NCBI GenBank assembly: GCA_002269645.1
Contig: NIVC01002699.1
Coordinates: 62,001 to 126,000 of the forward strand
DNA: 64,000 bases
Direction: 5' to 3'
Source of the DNA: Macrostomum lignano
Taxonomy: Eukaryota
Part shown: positions 1 to 18,372 of the stretch, piece by piece
Numbering within the stretch: position 1 is the first letter of the stretch
Layout: every line of letters begins with the position of its first letter
Notes under the pieces: model-generated
The model's database searches: none
Told to the model about the DNA's origin: nothing
The model's input: the letters and a program-made list of their open reading frames with translations, nothing else
Program-made: the position numbers and the translations under genes

Positions 1-650
1 AAATAGCACAGCTTGTACCCAAACCTAATTGGACCTAAATTAGCAGAGTGTACTAAAACTTCATTGGACCTAAATTAGCTCATGATGTACCTAAACATAA
101 CCAGACCTAAATTAGCAGTGTCCCAAAACCTAACCAGACCTAAATTAGCACATAGTGCACCTAAAACTAAACAGACCTAAAGTAGCACAGAGTGTACCTA
201 AACCAAAGCAGACCTAAATTAGCACAGAGTGCACCTAAACCTAATCAGACCTAAATTAGCACAGAGTGCACCTAAACCTAACCAGACCTAAATTAGCACA
301 GAGTGCACCTAAACCTAATCAGACCTAAAATAGCACAGAGTGCACCTAAACCTAACCAGACCTAAATTAGCTCATGGTGCACCTAATAACCACCTAAATT
401 AGCATAGTGCGCCTAAACCTAATCAGTTCCAATGAGTGTCCCAAAACCTAACCAGACCTAAATTAGCACAGAGTGCACCTAAACCTAATCAGACCTAAAG
501 TAGCACAGAGTGTACCTAAACCAAAGCAGACCTAAATTAGCACAGAGTGCACCTAAACCTAATCAGACCTAAATTAGCACAGAGTGCACCTAAACCTAAC
601 CAGACCTAAATGAGCACAGAGTACGCAGACCTAATTGGACCTAAATTAAC
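1..650. repeat. ~37-bp minisatellite (CCTAAACCTAACCAGACCTAAATTAGCACAGAGTGCA), degenerate at left
   Basis: Unit read directly from the sequence; roughly 17 copies with variants. Confidence 0.9.
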
Positions 651-819
651 ATAGTTTATCCATATCTAATAAGTACAGTGCACTTTATTAATAAAAATTT
701 GTTCCTTATAATTCTGTATTTTTCTGTTCTGTTAATAATAGTAAAGAAAAATAATATTAATAATACCAATGTATTAATGTAGTAATGCAGTATTACTGTA
801 ATATTCAAACAATACGCAG

Positions 820-1409
820 TATTCAAATCGGCTCAGCAAGCTCAGGCTCAGGGTAAGCCATGAAGTAAAACGAAAGTTCTTATTTTGAAAATATCAACTG
901 TCAAATTGTTTGATAATTGGAAAAAATGAGAAATAATAATAATAAGGATTTGATAGATATTGCTTTTATCTGGCAGTTTTTCTTGTTCTGGGTTAATGTT
1001 TATGTTTTCGAGTGAGTTCGCTCTATTTTTTCTTCTATTACATATCGTTGACCTATGCTTCAAATTTTCCTATAAAACAATAAGATTTATACTACTTATG
1101 AACAGTTTTTCAGTAAGTAGTATAATAGAATATAAGCTATAAATGCCTTGCTGGTAAATGGTTTCTTTAAATGCTAAAATTTACTGTTTTATCCCAGCGA
1201 GTAAAAAAGATTGTTAATAATTGCTTTTGTATACTTGCTAATGATGAATATCCTCATTATAAACGAATATAACTCGACTCTCCTTTGTTTGTGTGTGAAT
1301 TATTTTTCCAGCCGAGGGCGAACTCAAAAGGCGCGCCGTGGACGCCGCTGCCGACCAAATTTCGGCGCCCAACTCCGACGAAACCGGCGACTTTAGCAAG
1401 ACCGATTGA
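820..1409 (+). CDS. Probable last two coding exons (820-852, 1312-1409) of a gene starting upstream of the window
   Basis: Splice sites cgcag|TATT...CAGG|gtaag and tttttccag|CC. Phases match (1/1). Translation xFKSAQQAQAQAEGELKRRAVDAAADQISAPNSDETGDFSKTD*. GC-rich islands in AT-rich DNA; AATAAA at 1564-1569. No recognisable domain. Confidence 0.5.
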
Positions 1410-1693
1410 GTTAAGTTGATGAGAGAACTGTCTAAAAGTCTATTGCTAACTATACTACTGTTGGAGAATTCGGAGTAGTAGTGTGATAGGAATATTTTCT
1501 AGCTAAATATTGACAGTGAGGGACCAGATCGTTTTTCTGTGAGCGTGATGTGTTTTTTCAATGAATAAAATCAAAATTTATCGTTTCCTGATCCTTTTTT
1601 ACCTGATGATATAGTAACACTTATTAATTAGCAGGATTTATAATTACTCCGGTAATTAAGGTATTACTGATTCGATAAGAACTTCTTTTCAAG

Positions 1694-3030
1694 TTGTCAA
1701 CTTCTCCCCATATCTCACTGTCTACTTCTCCCCCATATCTCACTGTCTACTTCTCCCCCATATGTCACTGTCTACTTCTCCCCATATCTCACTGTCTACT
1801 TCTCCCCATATCTCACTGTCTACTTCTCCCCATATCTCACTGTCTACTTCTCCCCATATCTCACTGTCTACTTCTCCCCATATCTCACTGTCTACTTCTC
1901 CCCATATCTCACTGTCTACTTCTCCCCATATCTCACTGTCTACTTCTCCCCATATCTCACTGTCTACTTCTCCCCATATCTCACTGTCTATTTCTCCCCA
2001 TATCTTACTTTAGACTTCTCCCCCATATCTTACTGTCTACTTCTCCCCATATCTCACTGTCTACTTCTCCACCATATCTCACTGTCTACTTCTCCCCCAT
2101 ATGTCACTGTCTACTTCTCCCCATATCTCACTGTCTACTTCTCCCCATATCTCACTGTCTACTTCTCCCCATATCTCACTGTCTACTTCTCCCCATATCT
2201 CACTGTCTACTTCTCCCCATATCTCACTGTCTATTTCTCCCCATATCTTACTTTAGACTTCTCCCCCATATCTTACTGTCTACTTCTCCCCATATCTCAC
2301 TGTCTACTTCTCCACCATATCTCACTGTCTACTTCTCCCCCATATCTCACTGTCTACTTCTCCCCATATCTCACTGTCTACTTCTCCACCATATCTCACT
2401 GTCTACTTCTCCACCATATCTCACTGTCTACTTCTCCCCCATATCTCACTGTCTACTTCTCCCCATATCTTACTGTCTACTTCTCCCCCATATCTTACTG
2501 TCTACTTCTCCCCCATATCTCACTGTCTACTTCTCTCCATATCTCACAGTCTACTTCTCCCCCATATCTCACTGTCTACTTCTCCCCATATCTCACTGTC
2601 TACTTCTCCCCATATCTCACTGTCTACTTCTCCCCATATCTCACTGTCTATTTCTCCCCATATCTTACTTTAGACTTCTCCCCCATATCTTACTGTCTAC
2701 TTCTCCCCATATCTCACTGTCTACTTCTCCACCATATCTCACTGTCTACTTCTCCCCATATCTCACTGTCTACTTCTCCACCATATCTCACTGTCTACTT
2801 CTCCACCATATCTCACTGTCTACTTCTCCCCCATATCTCACTGTCTACTTCTCCCCCATATCTTACTGTCTACTTCTCCCCCATATCTCACTGTCTACTT
2901 CTCCCCCATATCTTACTGTCTACTTCTCCCCCATATCTCACTGTCTACTTCTCTCCATATCTCACAGTCTACTTCTCCCCCATATCTCACTGTCTACTTC
3001 TTCCCATATCTCACTGTCTACTTCTCCATA
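1694..3030. repeat. 24-bp minisatellite (CCCCATATCTCACTGTCTACTTCT) with higher-order variant blocks
   Basis: Direct reading; accounts for the HCLLLPIS/STSPHISL ORFs. Confidence 0.95.
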
Positions 3031-3569
3031 TAATAAATACTCTACTTGTTCAGATCTTAGTGTCTACTTTTTTGTCTCAACTACAGCCTGCCCAACCAAA
3101 ATGCATACATGTATTTTCTCCCTGGTCTTCTAAACGGTGATAGTTTTACTAATCATTACGAGCATATATGCGCAGTAATGCATTGAATTTGCTGTATTAA
3201 TGAGTAATAATTTATAATTTTGCCTTTTTAGTCTTCCGTTAACTGGATCGTTGACCTTTTTTGTCCTTCAAACCTGACTGGGTTTTTTGGTTTGCCCGTC
3301 TTTTTCTCTTGACAATATCCTGCAATATTTATTTTTAATTGACAGATCCAGCTTTTTCTCTTCCCACATCAAGTATCAAATTTTTGACCAGATGTAATAC
3401 TAAATTATAATTTTACTAACGCGATTAAATATATCAATAAATTTGCTTTGTTCCAACCCTCAAGAAGGCTTTAACTATTTCGTTTTAAAATCTATCTCTT
3501 TGAGAAATCAAAATGATAATTTAGCTGGCTTACTGAGTTACTTCTTTCTACTGTCATTTGTAAGCGATC

Positions 3570-4230
3570 TACTTCTCACGTGTCTACTTCTCCTGTGTCT
3601 ACTTCTCCCGTATCTACTCCTGTGTTTACATCTCCCGTGTCTACTTCTCACGTGTCTACTTCTCCGTGTCTACTTCTCCCGTGTCTTCTTCTCCCGTGTC
3701 TACTTCTCCTGTGTCTACTTCTCCTGTGTCTACTTCTCTCATGTCTACTTCATTGTGTCTACTTCTCCTGTGTCTACTTCTCCTGTGTCTACTTCTCCCG
3801 TGTCTACTTCTCCCTTGTCTACTTCTCCTGTGTCTACTTCTCCCTTGTCTACTCCTGTGTCTATTTCTCCCTTGTCTACTCCTGTGTCTATTTCTCCCTT
3901 GTCTACTCCTGTGTCTATTTCTCCCTTGTCTACTCCTGTGTCTATTTCTCCCTTGTCTACTCCTGTGTCTACTCCCGTGTCTACTTTTTTCAGTGTCTAA
4001 TTTTATGTCTACACTCGTACTTCTCTCTCTATCTACTTCTAATTATCCCATGTATGCTCCTCCTTTGTCTACCTCTACTTCTGTTTCTACTTCTAATTCT
4101 CCCATGTCTACTTCTCCTGTGTCTACTGCTACCTCTTATGTCTACCTCTACCTGTCACGTGTATACTTCTACTTCTCCGTGTCTAAGTATTATTCATCAT
4201 ATCTACGTCTACTTCTCAATATGCAGTTCT
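3570..4230. repeat. 15-bp minisatellite (GTGTCTACTTCTCCT), degenerating rightwards
   Basis: Direct reading; shares the TGTCTACTTCTC core with 1694-3030 and 32997-33710. Confidence 0.9.
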
Positions 4231-4899
4231 ACTTCTCTCCTTACGCGACTGTGAGCAGCAGACTAAAAGTACATTGGTGACTCGGATATTTTGCCAGGTT
4301 GCCGCGCCTCTGGGCTCTACCCGTCAAAGCCTTCCGTATTGACATTATATATATGTATATGTATGGTTTCATATTTCTATCATTTACATTTTATAAGTCA
4401 TTCGCTTGGTTGGGCTATAAATACAATATAGGAATGGGGGGGGGCTGGCTACGATAAAATCTCGGTTGTGCGTCTACTTATATTAGCTGCTCATATCTGA
4501 GCATTTTATCTGATTTTTTATCCTGCTACAATTCGAACTGTCAGAAGCAGTTTCCCGAGAAGCTCACGCAGCACTTCTGCTACAAATTCGACTATGGCAT
4601 ATAACTCATAATAAATATCTATATCGCTTGCATCTGGGAATTTATAGATGTAGAAATCCGTGTCTCATTGCAGTGAGAGCTATGAATCGATTTGCTGCTG
4701 CATAAATTTCAACAATCTCCACGGCGAGCCTCAGCAAATCAGTTGGAGAATTTTTTTGACCGATTTTAGTTAGAACTTTGTAAGGTCTACTTGTCCGATC
4801 ATAGCTTTCTAAAGAATTTTGGTCATACCTTTGTAGACAAATCTACTGATCTTATCTGTTTTGTAATATTGGTCATGCCGTATGACCAAATTTTTATCG

Positions 4900-7800
4900 A
4901 TCAATTTACAAATCGGTCATGCATAATGATTTACTGAATGGTCATAGATCATTCTAGAAATCGGTCATGCATAATGATCCACTACATGGTCATAGATCAT
5001 TCTAGAAATCGGTCATGCATAATGATCCACTACATGGTCATAGATCATTCTAGAAATCGGTCATACATAATGATCCACTGCATGGTCATAGCTCAATTTA
5101 GAAATCGGTCATACATAATGATCCACTCCATGGTCATAGCTCAATTTAGAAATCGGTCATACATAATGATCCACTCCGTGGTCATAGCTCAATTTAGAAA
5201 TCGGTCATACAAAATGATGAACTCCGTGGTCATAGATCATTTTAGAAATCGGTCATGCATAAGGATCCGCTCCATGGTCATAGATCATTCTAGAAATCGT
5301 TCATGCATAATGATCCACACCATGGTCATAGATCATTCTAGAAATCGGTCATGCATAATGATTACCTCCGTGGTCATAGATCAGTTTAGAAATCGGTCAT
5401 ACATAATGATTAACTCCATGGTCATAGCTCAGCTTAGAAATCGGTCATGAATAATAATCGATTCCGTGGTCATAGCTCAATTTAGAAATCGGTCATACAT
5501 AATGATCCACTCCATAGTCATAGATCAATTTAGAAATCAGTCATGCATAATGATCGACTCCTTGGTCATAGATCAGTTTAGAAATCGGTCATACCTAATG
5601 ATCCACTGAATGGTCATAGATCAATTTAGAAATCGGTCATGCATATGATCCACTCCATGGTCATAGATCATTTTAGAAATCAGTCATGCATAATGATCCG
5701 CTGATTGGTCATAGATCAATTTAGAAATCGGTCATACATAATGATCCACTCCGTGGTTATAGATCAATTTAGAAATCGGTCATACATAATGATCGACTCC
5801 GTGGTCATAGATCAATTTAGAAATCGGTCATACATAATGATCCACTCCGTGGTTATAGATCAATTTAGAAATCGGTCATGCATAATGATCCACTCCGTGG
5901 TCATAGATCAATTTAGAAATCGGTCATGCATAATGATCCACTCCATAGTCATAGATCAATTTAGAAATCGGTCATACATAATGATCCACTCCATAGTCAT
6001 AGATCAATTTAGAAATCGGTCATACATAATGATCCACTCCGTGGTCATAGATCAATTTAGAAATCGGTCATGCATAATGATCGACTCCGTGGTCATAGAT
6101 CAGTTTAGAAATCGGTCATACCTAATGATCCACTGAATGGTCATAGATCAATTTAGAAATCGGTCATGCATATGATCCACTCCATGGTCATAGATCATTT
6201 TAGAAATCGGTCATACATAATGATCGACTCCGTGGTCATAGATCAATTTAGAAATCGGTCATACATAATGATCGACTCCGTGGTCATAGATCAATTTAGA
6301 AATCGGTCATACCTAATGATCCACTGAATGGTCATAGATCAATTTAGAAATCGGTCATGCATATGATCCACTCCATGGTCATAGATCATTTTAGAAATCG
6401 GTCATGCATAATGATCCACTGATTGGTCATAGATCAATTTAGAAATCGGTCATGCATAATGATCCACTGAATGGTCATAGATCAATTTAGAAATCGGTCA
6501 TACATAATGATCCACTCCGTGGTTATAGATCAATTTAGAAATCGGTCATACATAATGATCCACTCCGTGCTCATAGATCAATTTAGAAATCGGTCATACA
6601 TAATGATCTACTTCGTGGTTATAGATCAATTTAGAAATCGGTCATACATAATGATCTACTTCGTGGTCATAGATCAGTTTAGAAATCGGTCATACATAAT
6701 GATCCACTGCATGGTCATAGATCAGTTTAGAAATTGGTCATACATAATTATTAACTCCATGGTCATAGCTCAACTTAGAAATCGGTCATACATAATGATT
6801 AACTCCATGGTCATAGCTCAGCTTAGAAATTGGTCATACATAATGATCCACTCCGTGGTTATAGATCAGTTTAGAAATCGGTCATGAATAATGATCGATT
6901 CCGTGGTCATAGCTCAATTTAGAAATCGGTCATACAAAATGATCCACTCCGTGGTCAAGATCAGTTTAGAAATCGGTCATGAATAATGATCGATTCCGTG
7001 GTCATAGCTCAATTTAGAAATCGGTCATACATAATGATCCACTCCGTGGTCAAGATCAGTTTAGAAATCGGTCATGAATAATGGTCGATTCCGTGGTCAT
7101 AGCTCAATTTAGAAATCGGTCATACATAATGATCCACTCCGTGGTCATAGATCAATTTAGAAATCGGTCATACATAATGATCCACTCCGTGGTTATAGAT
7201 CAATTTAGAAATCGGTCATGCATAATGATCCACTTCGTGGTTATAGATCAATTTAGAAATCGGTCATACATAATGATCTACTTCGTGGTCATAGATCAGT
7301 TTAGAAATCGGTCATACATAATGATCCACTGATTGGTCATAGATCAATTTAGAAATCGGTCATACATAATGATCGACTCCGTGGTCATAGATCAATTTAG
7401 AAATCGGTCATACATAATGATCCACTCCGTGGTTATAGATCAATTTAGAAATCGGTCATGGATAATGATCCACTCCGTGGTCATAGATCAATTTAGAAAT
7501 CGGTCATACATAATGATCCACTCCGTGGTTATAGATCAATTTAGAAATCGGTCATGCATAATGAGCCACTTCGTGGTTATAGATCAATTTAGAAATCGGT
7601 CATACATAATGATCTACTTCGTGGTCATAGATCAGTTTAGAAATCGGTCATGCATAATGATCCACTTCGTGGTCATAGATCAGTTTAGAAATCGGTCATA
7701 CATAATGATTAACTCCATGGTCATAGATCAGTTTAGAAATCCGTCATACATAATGATCCACTCCATTGTCATAGCTCAATTTAGAAATCGGTCATACCTA

Positions 7801-7940
7801 ATGATCCACTGAATGGTCATAGATCAATTTAGAAATCGGTCATGCATAATGATCCACTCCATGGTCATAGATCATTTTAGAAATCGGTCATGCATAATGA
7901 TCCACTGAATGGTCATAGATCAATTTAGAAATCGGTCATA
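4900..7940. repeat. 48-bp minisatellite (GTGGTCATAGATCAATTTAGAAATCGGTCATACATAATGATCCACTCC), ~60 copies
   Basis: Direct reading; the unit translates as VVIDQFRNRSYIMIHS (16 codons). Confidence 0.95.
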
Positions 7941-8608
7941 CTGGTTGAAAATATTCATAATTCATACCAGTCTGCAGTTTGTCAAGGCAGAGTTGTTCAA
8001 TTTAAAGTACTTTTTCAATTTATTTTTTACAAGGTCGCTGTGCTCTGCTTCTCATCTTTTGATATCAAAAGTTTGGCCGGGTTCTCCGCCTTGTACCTGG
8101 GATCTTCTTACAGTCGGTACCTTTGGTTGTCAGCAGTGGCACAGAATCAAGGACATCAGCTATACATGACCCTCCACACTGCCCTGACACGAGAAACTCC
8201 TCTGCACATATTTGAAGACTGATCTTGTTTTTTTGCCTTAAAAACCGCCTTAGCTATACTGAAATGTATGCACAGGGCGTGCAGCATCTTTCCCCAAGAG
8301 ATGAGGCAGCCGCGCGTCTATTGCCTTGCGCTAGTTGAAAATTTTTCTTCAAATTTGAGCTGTTCACTCGGAGAAAAGAAAAACTCGACCCTACGGCGCT
8401 TAACCGGGGCTCAAAATACAATGTACGAGTTGCATGTGCGTGTCTTTTAATTTGAAATTCCCTTTCCTGCATGGTTAGGAGGCTGGGTTGGGGAAAATTC
8501 TTCATCATATCTGTTTGAGCCAAATCAAGTATTTGCTCAACGCAAATTTGCTAATAGCGGTGGCTGAAGCATGGATTCTGTTCTTTGCCTGTTGTAGTTG
8601 TAGGGATA

Positions 8609-8985
<377 letters not shown>

Positions 8986-8989
8986 TAGC

Positions 8990-9290
8990 AACACATCCGG
9001 TTAGCTGCACATCTGGTTAGTTACACATCCGGTTAACAACACATCCGGTTAGCTACACATCCGGTTAGCTACACATCCGGTGAGCTACACATCCGGTTAG
9101 CTACACATCCGGTTAGCTACACATCCAGTGAGCTACACATCCGGTTAGCTACACATCCGGTTAGCTACACATCCAGTGAGCTACACATCCGGTTAGCTAC
9201 ACATCCGGTTAGCTACACATCCGGTGAGCTACACATCCGGTTAGCTACACATCCGGTTAGCTACACATCCGGTGAGCTACACATCCGGTA
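8990..9290. repeat. 16-bp minisatellite (ACACATCCGGTTAGCT)
   Basis: Direct reading, ~18 copies. Confidence 0.93.
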
Positions 9291-10013
9291 AGCGAACGAG
9301 GGTCCTTACAAAAAGAAACAAAACTACAAACGGGGAGCACTTTGTCAAGCATTGCCAAGCGATCATTTTACCTTAATACTCTTAACCGTTATCCAACAAC
9401 TTGAGCTTCAGTGTCTTCTTTGTCATTTCTAACTCTTTCCATTCAATACAGACTAAGAACTGTTCCCCTCAGCCCGAGCTGGTTGCTAAGAGCAACTCTA
9501 GAGAGCCTGGATTTTGAGTAGATGCAGAGTATAAAGTTTCATCATGCACTTTGGCAAACCGGCACATCGTGCTTACCTTCGAGTGTATCTAATTTTATGG
9601 TTCTGTTTACCCGTCACCTTCGTCGATGCATGATCGTAAAAATGAACTCCTTCACTTTAATAATTCATATAAAATTTTATTATTCAAATTTCGAGAATTA
9701 CGCCGACTCAATTCCCATGCAATAAATAATCAATAAGTGTTCGTCGATGCCTTTGATTACACAGCATAAGAGTATATGCATGCATAAAGAAATCATATTC
9801 CGGGATCCCATAGCAACCGGCTTCAACCAATTGGGAGTGGACAAGGGGGATAGAAAGGGACTCAGAAATTAGGGATAACGCGAGCAGATCGAGAGGAAAA
9901 AGCATTAATGTTCGGGACTGAAGCTAAAGCGATCTCGCAGCATCTCTTTCTATCTAGTACTTCATCAGCCGATTGCTGAGAAATCAACAACAGCAGAAAG
10001 GCTCAGAGAGATC

Positions 10014-16025
<6,012 letters not shown>

Positions 16026-16939
16026 GCTGTCCAGTTCATCAGTCGTATATAAAGCGTTTTGACGTCGAATTTTTTTTCTAGTTAAAAATAATAAAACCGT
16101 TTAACTATCAAGCATTAGAGCTCTTCTTAGTTAGTGATAATAGCAAAATTCATAAATTTCTAGACTATATTTGTTACATAATAATCAGACTTCATTCTCT
16201 AGTCTCTCAATGTATTTTTTCATTCCAGATTATTCGATGTTGTCAATATCTTCTTGTCCCTCGTGTGTACTATTAATGCAGTCTTCCTTATTTGTCTTAT
16301 CGTAGATTCCTTCTGTCCGTAGATTTTTTCATTCTTCAGGTAAATTATCTTAGAATACAAAGAATTACTCGAATTACAAGACTGTGTTCAATTAAAATCT
16401 CAGTTTCTTAACCAATCAATAGGCTTTAGTGAATGTGGCTCTTCGGAAGTATAGAAGAGCATTCATTGGCTGAGCGCTTGTCAGCCAATGAGAGGTTAGG
16501 TCAGTTCAGAAGGGGTGCTGCATGGCGTGAGGTGGGTGTCTTATCGTTTGGGCAGGGGATAGGAATTTTAGCTGAATGTACAGTTGGACTGTACAAAGAG
16601 CTCCATACGCTTAATGATACGTTTATAGTCAATAAAAAACATCTAGAAAAGCGTGCAATGAAACAAAGAATTAGTTGTAAAAGTATATGGAAAAAGCAAA
16701 TAAAATTCTCAAGAACTTTCCAGAAGCGTGGAAAATTTTAAAAAGATTTTTCAGTTAACAAATAATGCGCTAACAAAGTAAGTAGCAGAGCTTCCATTTG
16801 GGCAAGTGGTGAGTTTTCTACTCGTATGTAGGTGTGTCATATACGTAAATTGTAGGCCGAGCATATGTAAACATACGAGTACAGCATTGTGTAGAAGCAG
16901 GTAAACTTGTAGAACCGCGAAAACCAGTGAGTCATTGAG

Positions 16940-17030
16940 TGAGGCAACTCCGGCCCGCCGGTCACATGCGACCTGCTAAGCCTCTATCCGGGCCCCCGGG
17001 TCCTTTGACGCTTCCCAATAAACTTGCCCG
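16940..17030 (+). mobile_element. hAT (Charlie-like) MITE 5' end fragment
   Basis: GGCAACTCCGGCCCGCCGGTCACATGCGACCTGC resembles the subterminal GGCCCGCGGGCCACATGCGGCCCG motif of Charlie-type hAT ends. No partner TIR identified. Confidence 0.4.
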
Positions 17031-17886
17031 CTCAAAGTTTGTTTCTTCTCTTCTCTCTTCTCTCTTCTCTCTCCTCTATTCTCTCTTCTCTCTTATCTCT
17101 CCTCTATTCTCTCTTCTCTCTTCTTTCCTCTCTCTCCCCTCTTCTCTCTTCTTTCTTCTCTCTTATCTACCCTCACCCCTCTGATATTCTCATTTTCTCT
17201 CATCTCTTCTCATCTTATCTAAACTCTCATCTCCCCTTCTATCTCCACACTCTCTATCAAAGACTTACTGCTGACTTTAATTTTTGCACAAAGCTAAAAA
17301 ATGCTCTTCACGAGTATTTTGTTTGCTCTGCACGTTCTGTTGAACAGAACTCCAACAGCAGAACAGAATGCAAATATTATTTGAACTCAAGTTACTGCAT
17401 GGGCCAGTCATTAGAAAATGCAGCAATGCCACTCTGTGACTCTGAGTATGTCTTTATTCGCTCGATCGTTTTCTTTTTTTACAAGTTAAAGAAAGGCACA
17501 CGCTTCATTGCAGACGCACCTGAGCATTAACGGAGCTTTACATATCAGTGAAATAAAATGACATGGCATTGCCTGAAATAGTCTCCTATTCTATCTACAC
17601 CGGTGAGAGAAAAAGTACAGACCACGAGTTGTGACAACTACTCTAAGTAGAGACGTAATAAAACGCAGTATTTTACAGACATCAATTAAACAACGTAATC
17701 TTAGGCAGAAGTTTGCTAGCTATGCAAAATATACATGAAACTATTTAAAACAGAAAACATTGCTTCACGCTCCAATTAATACTCTGTTGAATATTAAGTG
17801 GTCATCAAGCTTCATGTAACTACATGTATATAGGTCAAACTTTGTCCTGTGCATGTACGCGAGGTTAAAAGTGGACGCGACTAACT

Positions 17887-18315
17887 CAGGCGTGTAGCCA
17901 GGATGTTTTACGAGTATTAGGGGTCTTTGAGAGTCTTTGGAGACTTTGGGAGTCTTGAGAGTCTTTGAGATTCTTTGAGAGTCTCTGGGATTCTTTGGGA
18001 GTCTTTGGGATTCTTTAGGAGTCTTTGAGAGTCTTTGGGAGTCTTTGGGGTTATTTGGGATTATTTGAGAGCATTTGAGATTCTTTGGAAGTCTTTGGAA
18101 GTCTTTGGGAGTCTTTGGGAGGCTTTGGGCATTCGAGGGGCGCCATCGTGAGGACGGTAGCACTAAGGGGCGCCAAGTCAGTTCGCAAGAGGGCGCCACA
18201 GCTACTCTGAAGGGGGCGCCACGGTAGGGGCACCAGCACCAAGGGCGCCTAATCAGCCAGCAGCTTGTGCCAACTTATTGGGGGGGGCCTTGCCCCCTCC
18301 CTGGCCACGCCTCTG
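17887..18315. mobile_element. hAT-like MITE with internal tandem repeats
   Basis: Imperfect TIRs CAGGCGTGTAGCCAGG and CCTGGCCACGCCTCTG. Flanks GACTAACT and GACTAGCC match 6/8 (decayed 8-bp TSD). Interior is a GAGTCTTTG(G) array plus AGGGCGCC repeats. Confidence 0.5.
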
Positions 18316-18372
18316 GACTAGCCCAGGTCCAACCTTCCTCAGTACTAAGCCATAGTTATAACCAACTAAAGC

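Noticed and set aside
1-650. Telomere-like CCTAAA/CCTAAC motifs
   Set aside because: They are embedded in a 37-bp unit; no (CCCTAA)n tract is present.
4500-4760. Protein-like minus-strand segments (LLRLAVEIVEIYAAANRF; ELYAIVEFVAEVLRELLGK)
   Set aside because: Interrupted by stops; no consistent splice model or recognisable domain.
1694-7940. Long ORFs of up to 479 aa (HCLLLPIS, STSPV, VIDQFRNRSY repeats)
   Set aside because: Unit lengths of 24, 15 and 48 bp are multiples of 3, so stop-free frames arise automatically. No splice or domain support.
4900-7940. Possible CRISPR-like array
   Set aside because: Units are contiguous, with point variants and no unique spacers. The context is eukaryotic and there are no cas genes.
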